Source: Eledone cirrhosa (taxonomy: Eukaryota). Taken from it: a DNA stretch of 64,000 bases. Location: contig OZ024740.1 in NCBI GenBank assembly GCA_964016885.1, forward strand, positions 316,572,001 through 316,636,000, in the 5' to 3' direction. Position 1 is the stretch's first letter, and each line of letters opens with the position of its first letter. A model generated the notes under the pieces. The model saw only the letters and a list, made by a program, of their open reading frames with translations, was not told where the DNA came from and did not search any database. This document shows positions 15,751 to 27,800 of this stretch, piece by piece. Position numbers and translations under genes: made by a program.

Positions 15751-15913
15751 CAGTGCTGGATTTAGGACAAATGAGGCCCTGTGCTAGTCAAGTTATAAGG
15801 CCCTTTACTTGGGCCCTGAAGGAGGTAACAAATTTTGGGGGCAGGAAGATGCCCCCAAGCCAATGGGGCGCTGTGCTTAAGCACACCTAAGCACAATGGT
15901 AAATCTAGCACTG
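15751..15913. mobile_element. hAT-like MITE
   Basis: TIRs CAGTGCTGGATTTA / TAAATCTAGCACTG; imperfect 8-bp TSD GACATAAA / GACACAAG. Confidence 0.7.
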
Positions 15914-16057
15914 GACACAAGTACAAGTGTTTGTCATTATAATCTAACTTTGCCTTTCATCCTTATGGGGTCGATAAAATAAAGTACCAGTAATGCACTG
16001 GGTAATTGCTGGCCTTGTGCCAATAGTAGAAACAATTATAATCTATGATGCAGTCTT

Positions 16058-16688
16058 ATCATCATCATCATCATCGTTTAACGTCTATCTTCCACGCTAG
16101 CATGGGTTTAGACGGGAATTGTCCCACTTGAGGCAAGATTGGTTGTCTTGCTTGTATAGGACTGTCTGGCAGGTTTTCTACGGCTGGATGCCTTTCCTAA
16201 CACCAACCACGTTTACCTACACGGCCACATTACAGCGTAGACCGTGTTTTTTTGTTGTGACACCTACATGACCTCATTTATTTAGGACTGGATGTTGTGG
16301 TACCAACATAACTTTACAGAGAAAGGAGTGCTGTAGATTGGGGTGGGGGTAGTGGGATGGGGGTGTATTTTTGGTTAAGAGGTGCCTACTGACTGTAGGT
16401 TTCGCTTTGTACTTAGGTAAGGCGGGTCTTCTGTATTACTGTGTAGCGCCAAAGATCTCGGTCCAGTGACATTGTCTTGGAGAGGTGTAAGTGTATGAGG
16501 TCGGAATTTATCAAATCGTCCCAGGTTTTTCTGGGTCTACCTACTCCGTAGCATCCATCAATTTTGATCGCCCTGCACTTTTTTTTATACAGCTGTTGTC
16601 ATTCATGCGCATCACGTGACCATACCAACGAAGTCTTCTCTTGAGGAAACAGCATCTGATCCCTCTTATTCCTAATTTCTCAGTTCAT
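16058..16688 (-). mobile_element. RTE LINE 3' fragment (same family as 21283-23768)
   Basis: Aligns by eye to 21300-21960, including the ORF C-terminus, 3' UTR and (GAT)n tail. Confidence 0.9.
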
Positions 16689-17084
16689 TCTTATCTGTTA
16701 TTGTATCTCTCTAACCAATGCAGGCCAAGACACTGAATTATTGGCACCATACAGACATTGAATCTATTGTGCCAATGAAATATCACTGCTTCCATAGCTC
16801 TGTTACTTTGAGAGAAAGTACTTTAAGGTGTAGCCATCATGGTTCCCCAGTCACCTGTGCTGATGTGTACTATGTTTAAATGTCAGTGTCTTTGTTGCTG
16901 AGTTGAAAAGTCAACTTCTTGCACATGAGGGAGTGTAGACTTGCAGAAATGATTGAGGTGGTGATGAGATGACTATCATTTAACACGGAAATAAAGAAAG
17001 ATATCATCTAACAAGGCGAAACAAATCATCATCTATGTATGTACCTATCTACCTGTAACTCATGTGAACCTCCTAGCTCTCACA

Positions 17085-17222
17085 TGCTCCGCCTGGCTCA
17101 CATACTCCTAGCTCATACACTCCTGGCTCACATACTCCTAGCTCTCACACTCCTCCTGGCTCACATACTCCTAGCTCAGACACTTCTCATGGCTCACATA
17201 CTCCTCCTGGCTCAGACACTTC
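17085..17222. repeat. Approximately 15-bp minisatellite (CTCCTRGCTCACAYA)
   Basis: Visible tandem repeats; explains ORF 17039..17233. Confidence 0.9.
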
Positions 17223-17921
17223 TCCAACAATGATGCTGCTGGCATAGCGATCAGACCATTTGTTACATTCAACTGTATTAGGTAGTATCTACACCTACTT
17301 GTATTCTTTGCAGACACAGAAATACCCTGTAGTATATTCTCACCTTCAAACCCAACTGTTACCAAACCATCATGGTCTCTGTACTCATTAGATCATCTAA
17401 TTACTTCCTCATCAAGGTAACATATATCACAGCTTCCTACCACACAATTCTTCTGGTACTTTAAATCACCTAACTGGTTGCTACTCCTAGCAGCAAAATA
17501 TCATTCACCTTTGAGACAACAAAATGGCTGACTGAAACCATCTTCCAAGGCATGTTTTTTTTTTCACATCACTCATACAACAAGGCTCAATGGTTAGAGA
17601 ATTGGGTTCACAATCATGAGGTTGCAAGTTTAATTCATAGATTGGGCAGTGCATTATGTCCTTGAGCAAGACATTTTATTTCATATTGTTCTTTTTGCCA
17701 AGAGTTGCGACTGGTAGATAGTATCAGCAATGTAAAGACCAATGGAAAAATTGTTTCCTTGGTTCGATTTAAGAAGTTACACCCTACTCAGTAAGTGAAT
17801 GAGGTCTGGGATCTTGTGTACAGTGCTCAGGTGCACTGTACACAATAATTATAATAATAATTATTATTGTAAGAAAAAGAATAACAAAAACAACAGCTAA
17901 TATATATAAATTTTTTAAAAT

Positions 17922-17927
17922 TTTATT
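17922..17927 (-). terminator. Candidate HNF4 polyadenylation signal (AATAAA), implying a 3' UTR of about 1.25 kb
   Basis: tttatt on the plus strand, followed on the minus strand by a GT/T-rich tract (TGTTGTTTTTGTTATT). Confidence 0.45.
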
Positions 17928-19159
17928 TAGTTCTCTTCCTTATGAAAGGATTTTGGGATAACCTTAACAGTTTTCAAAATAATATTAGTTCCACTTTTTA
18001 AAAGTTATTCTTTTGATTTCAAATAAATACTTCATTTGGTCCTTGTTTCATGTAAAAAAAATATACTCATTTTTATAGAATTCATTTGCACGAGGAACTT
18101 TTATCCACATCATTTGTATAACTAGGATTGTAGAAAAAAACAGCCATTCAACACATTTGATACATTGTATAAAAAATAATTTGGTTTCTCCAATCTCTTA
18201 ACCTTCAATGCACTCTAGGTGCCTTATGTTACCAATAGAGTATTCTCCCCTTAATCCATGATGTAGTGTCACGGGAAGCAATTCATAAGAAAATTCAGCA
18301 TGCTGGAGGTTAAAAACTCAACCAAAATCTATCACCATAGCTAGGGTTGTTGCTTTCTATTGTTTTTTTTTGTTTTGTTTTTTCTTAAAATATTTGTCTT
18401 AAACCCTCCATCTTATATTTTCTTTTCCTCTAAAAATATAATAAATGATGTTTCTATAGTATTTCTGTGGCACAACAAAAATTGGCATACATTGCCAAAT
18501 TCATTAACATAATGCAAATGCATATTATTATGTTACTGTGGCATCTGCAGAAAGCTATGCAATTGTTCAATTTTAGCATATTCTTCAAGATTTGTCACAT
18601 TTACATTTGACATTTCAGAGGAGACAGTCAAATCAGCAGAGGTTCCTACATTATTTAATAAAGCATTCGATTCTCATACTCACAATATGAATGTACATAT
18701 GTATGCACATGCATATATATATATATATATATATACTAATTTAAAGGTATCACAACATATATAATATGTATGATGCTTATGTTTATATATATATATCTAT
18801 ATATGTGTGTGTGTGTGTCTATATGTTTATATATTTATATATATATGTTTATATATACTAATTTAAGGTATCACAACATATATAATATGTATGATGTTTA
18901 TGTTTATATATGATAATGAAAATTAGTATGTACAGTGTTCAGGTGCACAACATATATGCATGTGTGTATGTATGTGTATATATATATATATATATTATAT
19001 ATATTAGTTTAATGATAATGTTGAAAATGGATTTTGCATTTTTAGTTATATGTGAGCGTGTTCCTTCATTGGATGTTGACTGTCTGAATGTGAACTTGTA
19101 TTCACCTCATATGTACATAAGAGTCAATAACAAAGGGGGGTAATGGAGTGAGTATTCAG

Positions 19160-19572
19160 TCAGACACCAACTTCTTGCTTAAAATGAGAAGGTGTCTGAT
19201 TATGACTGGTTAGATTCCCTAATTTGAACTGGGTCTCAACTTGCATGTTTGGAGGTGTCAGTGATGTATCATGAGGATCAGTGAGTGTTTGATGAGGATG
19301 CTGGTCATGTAAATTAACTGTGATGGGACAGTCGTTAGACAGAGGACTACTACAAGTCAGAGGAGACTGACTGAATGGTGAGGTATCAAGTGAATTGCTG
19401 TTGCCAACTGTGTCTTGGAGAATTATTTGGGAATCTGCATTCTGGCCATTAATAATGCTCTCCATAGCCTGATTTCCAAGTTGGTCAGCAAAGTTGGGGT
19501 TTGATAATAAATGTGGCTGAAGATTAACTGCGGAAACTGCTGATGATGAATGTCCAATTTCACTGTTTGCTC
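19160..19572 (-). CDS. HNF4: HNF4 last coding exon (F domain, ends HFKQEVGV*)
   Basis: ATTTCTAG acceptor in the correct phase, open to TGA at 19160-19162; the KQEV ending resembles the vertebrate HNF4A C-terminus. Confidence 0.88.
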
Positions 19573-22500
19573 CTAGAAATGAAAATAAACAACAGATTAG
19601 GATTGTGCTGCTTCGTGGATTCTAATTACATAATTAGCGACTGGAATAGATTTACTTGTATATTATTTTATTGTGTAAACTCCTGTTAGTTCATTATAGT
19701 AAATAAGTTGATAGTTTACATTATAAGACTAAAATATTTTCTAAGGAAATACACTGTGTTGTCACAGTTACTAGATTATTATAAAACAAATGTCTATAAT
19801 GCAAGATAAAGGTTTAGTCAAAAACAAAACTATTATATAATTTAATATATATAATGTTGTAATGAGGTAGTGCTGGTGCCAAGATAACATGCATCCAGCT
19901 CACTCTGTAAAGTGGTTTTGATGGTGCCATGGTGAAAAGCTCCCAGTCCATCCTGTAAGGTGGTAGTGTTGGTGCCATGCTGCAAAGTACCCAGTCCACT
20001 CTGTAAGGTCATAGTGCTGGTGTCACACCGAAAAGTACCCAGTCCACCCTGTAACGTGGTAATGCAGAGTATAAGAAAGGCCTTCAGCCATAAAAACCTT
20101 GCTCCCAGTACATGCTGTTTATAGTATCTTTACTAGTGAACAGATTGCTGTGAAAATTTGCAATATGAGGATAAAGTGCTGGAGTCATGATAAAATATTC
20201 CCAGTACATGCTATAAAGAGGTGAGGGGGTGAATGGAGAGAGATAAAGAAAAGACGATTGGTTCAGACTAGTGTCCTCTACATGTTTGTTTCATCCTGTG
20301 CACATGGGAAGTGGAGTCTTCTTCAGTACAGCATGCCAGAAATCTCAATCCTGTGACATCTTTGTGTGGTTTAATTGGGTTAGATCAGCTTTTATCACTT
20401 CAAGATTTCCTAGGCCTTCCTCTTCCATACTTTCTGTCGACTTTAAGTACCCTGCATATGTTTATATAACTGTCATCCTCCATATGCATAACATGGCCAT
20501 ACCACAACAATCTCCTCTCCTGCACACTGCATCTGACCCTTCTTATGCCTATTTTCTCTTTGAATTCATTGATGCATTGCCATTCATGCAAACTACTATC
20601 ACACATCTTTGAAGCATACATACTTCATTTCTTTCCAGTCTTTGTAGGGTCTCTGTACACAGTGCCCAGATCACACTACCATGCAACATTGCTGTTTGTA
20701 CACACGCCTCATACAATCTGTCCTTCGTATTGAAGGGAACAAATTTGTTTGTAGTTAGCAGCAGTAGTAGCTCCTTGAACTTTTTCCATCCCGTTCTCAT
20801 TCTGGCTACTGTACTTTCAGAACACCCACCTCCACTGTTAATTTGGTCACCTAGGTAATAGAAGCTATCAACTACTTCTATGGAGCCCTCTGAGCATTTA
20901 AAGGAGCTTGTTTCCTGTGAGCTCTTGCTGCTTACTGCTCCTGTGTTTCAACCACATACATTCTTTGCTAGCCTGCCTGAGATCCCAATACAGCTCTTGT
21001 GTATCCATAGTTTGTATTTGGGACATAGGACGGAATTTCTACCCACTCCTTTCCAGCACACTGAGCAAGGCCATTTCCCTGAATATGATCTGGACCTTGT
21101 CTTCCTTTCTACTTACTAGGACTTTAATCTTTGCCAAGTTGACTTGAAGATTTTTTGCTCATTTAACACCACTTTTCCCTGCTAACAAATATATATATAT
21201 ATACTCTTTTACCATTTCCAGCCGACAGGCTGTTGCCATGCTTGGCCACCACCTTCACCACTATATATGTGTGTGTGTATATATCATCATCATCATCATC
21301 ATCATCATCATCGTTTAACGTCCATATTCCACGCTTGCATGGGTTTGGACGGGAGTTTTCCCACTCGAGGCAAGAGTGGTTGTCTTGCTCGTATAGGACT
21401 GTCTGGCAGGTTTTCTACAGTTGGATGCCCTTCCTAACACCAACCACATTTACAGTGTGGAACTGGGAAGTTTTTACCGTGTTACCTACACGGCCACATT
21501 ACAGTGTGGACTGTGTGTTTTTTTTGTTGTGACACCTACACGACCTCATTTGTTTCGGCCTGGATGTTGTGGTACCAACATAACTTTACATTGAAAGGGG
21601 CGGTGTGGATAGGGTGGGGGTAGTGGGACGGGGGTGTATTTTGTTAGAGGTGCCTACTGACTGTAGTAGGTTTTACTTTGTATTTAGGTAAGGCGGGTCT
21701 TCTCTATTACTGAGTACCGCCAAAGATCTCGGTCCAGTGATATTGTCTTGGAGAGGTGTAAGTGTGTGAGGTCGGAATTTATCAAGTCGTCCCAGGTTTT
21801 TCTGGGTCTGCCTACTCCATGGCTACCGTCTATTTTTATTGCCCTGCACTTTTTTATGCAGCTGTCGCCTTTCATGCGCATCACGTGACCATACCAACGT
21901 AGCCTTCTCTCGAGTAAACAACATCTGATCCCTCTTATTTCTAATTTTTCCCTTAGTTCGTTAATGCTTTGCCGTTCATGTATATTACTATTACACATCC
22001 AGCGGAGCATGCAAGCTTCGTTCCTCTCTAGTCTGCGTATATCCTCTGCACACAATGCCCAGGTCTCACTGCCATGCAACATTGCTGTTCGTATGCAGGC
22101 ATCATACAGCCTGCCTTTCATTTTTAGGGAGAACCCTTTAGCGGCTAATAGTGGTATAAGTTCTCTGAACTTTTTCCATCCAGTTCTGACTCTAGCTACT
22201 GTACTTTCAGAGTACCCTCCCCCACTGCTGATTTTGTCACCCAGGTAACAGAAGCTGTCCACTATTTCTATAGAACCCTCTGTGCAATTGAAAGAGCTAG
22301 TATTTTGTGGGCACTTGCTGCTACTTATTGCACCAGAGCACCGGCCACATGTAAAATCTGTTCTTAGTTAGCTTACCTGTGATCCCACTACATCTTTTAT
22401 GCACCCATACTTTGCATTTGGGACATAAAATGGAGTTTCTACCTACGCCTTTCCTACATACTGAGCATGGCCATTTCCCGGAAGGGACCGGCGCCCTATT

Positions 22501-24749
22501 TTCTTTCCTACAAACTAGAACTTTAGTCATAGCCAGGTTAATTTTAAGGCCTTTTGATTCTAGGCCGTGCTTCCATGTTTGGAATTTCTTCTCTAGTTCG
22601 GCCATTGATTCAGCTATGAGCATTAGATCATCTGCGTATAGGAGTTCCCATGGGCAGCCGGTCTTGAACTCCACTGTTATAGCCTGAAGGGCAATAATAA
22701 ATAGTAGGGGGCTAAGAACGGAGCCCTGATGAACACCAACTTTTACGCTAAACTCTTCACTATATTCGTTGTTAATTCTAACCTTGCTGACTGTTTCTTT
22801 ATACATGGCTTGTATAGCTCTCACAAGCCATTCATCAACACCTAGTTTTCTAAGAGCCCACCAGATAATGGAACGGAGGACTCTGTCGAAGGCTTTCTCC
22901 AAGTCGACAAAAGCTAAGTATAGAGGTTTACTTTTAGCTAGGTACTTCTCCTGTAGTTGTCGTACAATGAAAAGAGCGTCTGTGGTACTTTTGCCTGACA
23001 CAAACCCGAACTGCATTTCATCTAGATCAATTCTCTCTCTGATTAGTTGCGCTATTACTTTTTCTGTGACCTTCATGACCTGGTCGATTAATTTAATGCC
23101 TCTATAGTTACTTCTATCTAGGGCATCTCCTTTACCCTTGTAACAGTTAATGATGATGCTGCTACGCCAGTCCTTCGGAACAACCCCATTCTGTATGACT
23201 TGGTTTACTATCCGGGTGACCATGGTGTGTCCCACCATTCCAGAGGCTTTCAGCATCTCAGCAACTATTTCCGAAGGCCCAGCCGCCTTACCCGTCTTCA
23301 TACCTTTGATTGCCTTACTTATTATACTACCTTCGACTAACACTGCTGGTCCCTCTATTGGGTCGATGTGGGGGAGACTGTCTTTCTCCCATTTATTCTC
23401 CTCATTTAGTAGCCTTTCGTAGTGACACTTCCAAGCTACCTTCTTATCAGCGTCGGTGATGGCAAGTATGCCATCATCATTAAGTACACACTTCTCCCCG
23501 ACAATATCACGGTTTTCCTTGACACATTGCCTAGCAATCCTGAACACCTCACGTTTTTGGTCCTCGCGTTGTAGAACATGCTTGAACTTTCTTTCCTCTG
23601 CTTCCCTTCTTGCGAAGTACACTTGTCTCCTAGCTTCCCTCCTGGCCACTTGATAGTCTTCTCTACTTCCCCCATCCCGCCCTACTTTTCAAGCCTGCTT
23701 TTTGGCCTTAATTGACTCCTCCACCTTACTGTTCCACCACCATGTTACTCTCCTCCTGCCTATAGGCCTTATATCATCATCGTTTAACAACCATTTTTCA
23801 CGCTACCATCGGTTAGACGAGTTGTCCCATTGTGAGACAAGTCAGGTCAGCTGACTGCGTCTTTCTCACATAGAACTATTTCTGGCTTGCTTTCTACGGT
23901 TGGATGCCCTTCCTAATGCTAACCCCATTCATAGTGTTGACTGGGTGCTTTTTGTAATGTCACCAACACAACTACATTACAGTGTGGACTGGGAGCTGTT
24001 TATTGTACATATATAATATGCACATTTGATGGCTATGTAAACAGGTAGAGTGGCTGTGATCATGAGATGTGATAAAGGGCTGTAACTGAGATATGGCAGA
24101 GGGTTGTGACAGTGAAATATGAGAGTAACAACCCTTGTTTTGTGCTCCTTAAACAAGATACCAAATTATGCTTGCTTGACTGATATAATCAGAATCCACT
24201 CTTATGTAATGGTTGAATGGTTAGGGAAAGGAAAAGATTTCATCTGAAAAAAATAAAACAATTATTCTAACAAAATCTATTGTAGCACTGAAAAGTCAAT
24301 GTAAAAACAAAATCTAAACTGGAAAAAATTAAGTTTAAAAATTTTTTTTTTACCTCCAAGTAACATTTCCTGAAGAAGATTGTCTATTTTGGCTACACCA
24401 AATATTTTGGCCATCTGAATCTGTTCTATCATCTGCCAAGTTATGCTCTGTAAGACAGGTAAAATGAGCAAAATTTCTCCAAATCGACCACGGCATTCAT
24501 ATTGTCTGTCATTGATATAGTCTTCAAGGTTCACTTGAGCTTGACATCGATAAGTTTTTATTCGGTGGCTGTCAACTAAACCTCGAGCACCTGACAAGGA
24601 AAACAAGAAACTTTTAAGTTTGGTCATTTATAAAGGTAAGTAGTTAAGATTTGAAAATTAAAGATTTATAAAAACAAGTATACATACAAATATAGCATAG
24701 GTCTCTCTCTCTTTCTCCATATATATATATACACATTGAACCTGAGACT

Positions 24750-24829
<80 letters not shown>

Positions 24830-27800
24830 CACACACACACACATATATATACACATATGTATACGTGAGTCTCAGGTTCAATCAGGGATAACCACAGTTA
24901 GTAAGGTACTCAATACATTAGTATATGTGATTCAGTGGTGGTGGTACCAAACTGAGCACTTGATGCACAGAAAGGGTGTATATATTAAGAAAAACAAAGT
25001 TTCGTTTACATATATTTAGTTTTTTATTATGTATTGACCTGTTACATGTGTTTTACAGAAGATTGGCTCAAGGTCAACCATAGAAGTAATGGACCGACCC
25101 AACTCTATTATTGATCTGCTCTTCAGACTGGTGATTAAACAAAAAACACTGTATTTATAATAAATATTCCTCTTCTTCCTGAGAGGGTCCTCAACCCCCC
25201 CCCCCCCCCCCCCCAGTGGGTCCTGTCAGAAGCAACCGTCTCCAACTGATCCAGCTGGATTCTCAAGCATGACCCTCTTCTTCTTCCTCTTATTCTTGAG
25301 AGGGTCACGGGGGCAGAGTCCTCAAACACTCCCCCCCCCCCCCCAGCGGGTCCTGTCAGAAGCAATCGTCTCCAACTGATCCAGCTGGATCCCCAAGCAT
25401 GACCAGCCAAGCTCATGAATGTTATCCAACCATCTTGCTTGGAGTCTATTGTTGGTTTTACCCATAAAATTTGTCCAGCAATTCTTTCCTGAGACATTCT
25501 AATCACATGCCCATAATATTGGAGCTGCAATATCTCAATTTGGCATCTAATAATAAATGTTCTTAGCTAAAATTAAGTTGGAAGATTTTAATAAATAGGA
25601 GCCCTTTAAAACAGATGATTTTGTTTCATAGAACCAAGAGTCAGTTTTGACTGAGTTAGTATTGAATTAAAGTAAAACAGCTACAATTATTAATCAAAAT
25701 TTAATAGTAATTAACCTGCTGTTCTCTTGATGTTAAAACATCTTAAGAGATGGAGATATCTTTAAAAAAATGAAGGTATTATTATAGAGCTGTTATTTTT
25801 ACCTGGATCAAAGAATATAATTCCTTTAAGACATGCAAATTCCGAGTCATCAATCTCAACTTCTTGCAAAGGTTTAACAATTTCATCAATTATTCTGCCA
25901 CAAATATGTGACATCTCAGTGTTTGCCACATGTCGAGAAATCACAGAATCATTTCCTAAAAGTAAAACATCTTTCAGATGTAATGACCGCCGGGCGACAC
26001 CTAGCAGTAGGTGTTCTCCTGCATGGGCCCGTAACAAAGCTACCTAAATGAAGAAAATAAAAGAAAGAAAGCATAATTGATGATATTGATTTAAAATGTG
26101 TTAAGAGTCAAATCATATATTCAATATATTCATTTTAGAGTTATTGAGACTTAATCCTTTTGATACCAAACTACCTGAAACCTCCCTTGGTTCTAAAATA
26201 CAAAAATTCTTTAAATGTTCATATTTATCTACAAAATTTTCCTCAAAATTTTATGTAACAACATTTTTAAAGTTTCGGAAGCATTTTTTCACGCTGAGAG
26301 TTGCTGAAGCATGGAACAAACTGCCTGCATCAGTTGTTAGCTGTCGAGACACTGCATCCTTTAAAACCTCCATTCTTCCTGAGATTCGCCAACACTACAC
26401 CTAATATTCCCCCGCCATACACATGCACACATGTATATCATGATTCATACACTATTCACTTCCCTGAAATTTGTATATTATTCTATGTACTATACATGCA
26501 CCTTTAACGAGTTGTAGTGCACCTCAGCACTGTACACAATAATTTTATTATTATATTATGTTCCAAACACAAACTTAATAATGAAAAAGTTATACTACTA
26601 AACCCCTCCAAATTCAGGATTATTTTCAAAATAGGTAGTATCTTTCATTAGAACTATGGTAATAAAAGGGTTAAACATTGTCTTATAGTTTGTGAGTATT
26701 TGAGCTAAAAGTAACAGAGGATTGTATGGGTGTTGCAAGAAGATTTTTCTTCAAGTACTGTTTAATCTAAAATTTGTTCTTTAAAAAGAAAAAATAATTC
26801 ACATATCGCTAGATTTTCCAGTCTTTCAAATAAAATAAAAAAATTTCTGCCACGTTTGTGATGTGCAACCGATTGTCACATTTGGTGGTGAATTGATGGT
26901 CGTTTTTGTTTTTTGTTCTCCCCCAGCCCCCACCTTTTTTTTTCTTTCTCTCGCTCTGATCATATATTTTGGGCATTGTATTTGAGGTTCCTAGCAATAG
27001 TTAATTGTATTTGTTAAATGTGTTTATATTTTCATTCTAAAAGAATTGTGAGCAATTTGTAATGTTATTTATGTATATATTTAAAACTTAATGAAAAATT
27101 TATGTGCCTCTTAAGTGGTTTAAAATATTGGCAGAAAATCACTGACTATAATGTCTTAGCATCCATTGCCAAAAATCATCAACACTTCTTCTTGTGACAT
27201 CTCTCCTTCGAAGGTGAAGTATTCATTTTGTTTTTTCTAATGGCTAGAATGTATGCAGCTTGCCACAACTAAGGTAATATTTAGAGAATGTTAGTATCAT
27301 CTAATGGATAAGACTCTACAACATGGAGTATATAACTTAAGTATTAATTCCTAGCTAGACATTCTTTTGTGAGAATTCTATGTAGAGTGTTTACATACCT
27401 GATCATCAAGCTGTAGTTCTCCAAAACATGGAATGTATTTCGCCCATTCAACTAAAACCAACAATTGTTGTTTCATGGATTCACAAACATCATTTGGTGT
27501 AGCCATCTTTTTACTTGCTAGGTTATCTGTGCTTGGTTGACTTATTACCTGTAATAGAGATAGGAAATGGAATTAAGAAATAGAATTACCTTTTAACAAG
27601 GCCTTGATTTTTAGATACAGCATTAACACTTCTGATACCAACCTGGCCAAAACGAATGCCAGTTCTATGAAAGAAAACCGCCCATTTCAAATGATTCTTA
27701 TATAAATTGATATCTTCCAATATGATATACCAAAACCATATGTTAAGTCATTGAATTAGGAACAAAATAATCCTGATTATTTTTGGGGAAGGGTGGTTAA

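Noticed and set aside
17324-17416. Possible plus-strand exon (TTCTTTGCAG...AAG|GTAACA) with an open frame
   Set aside because: No recognisable protein and no partner exons found.
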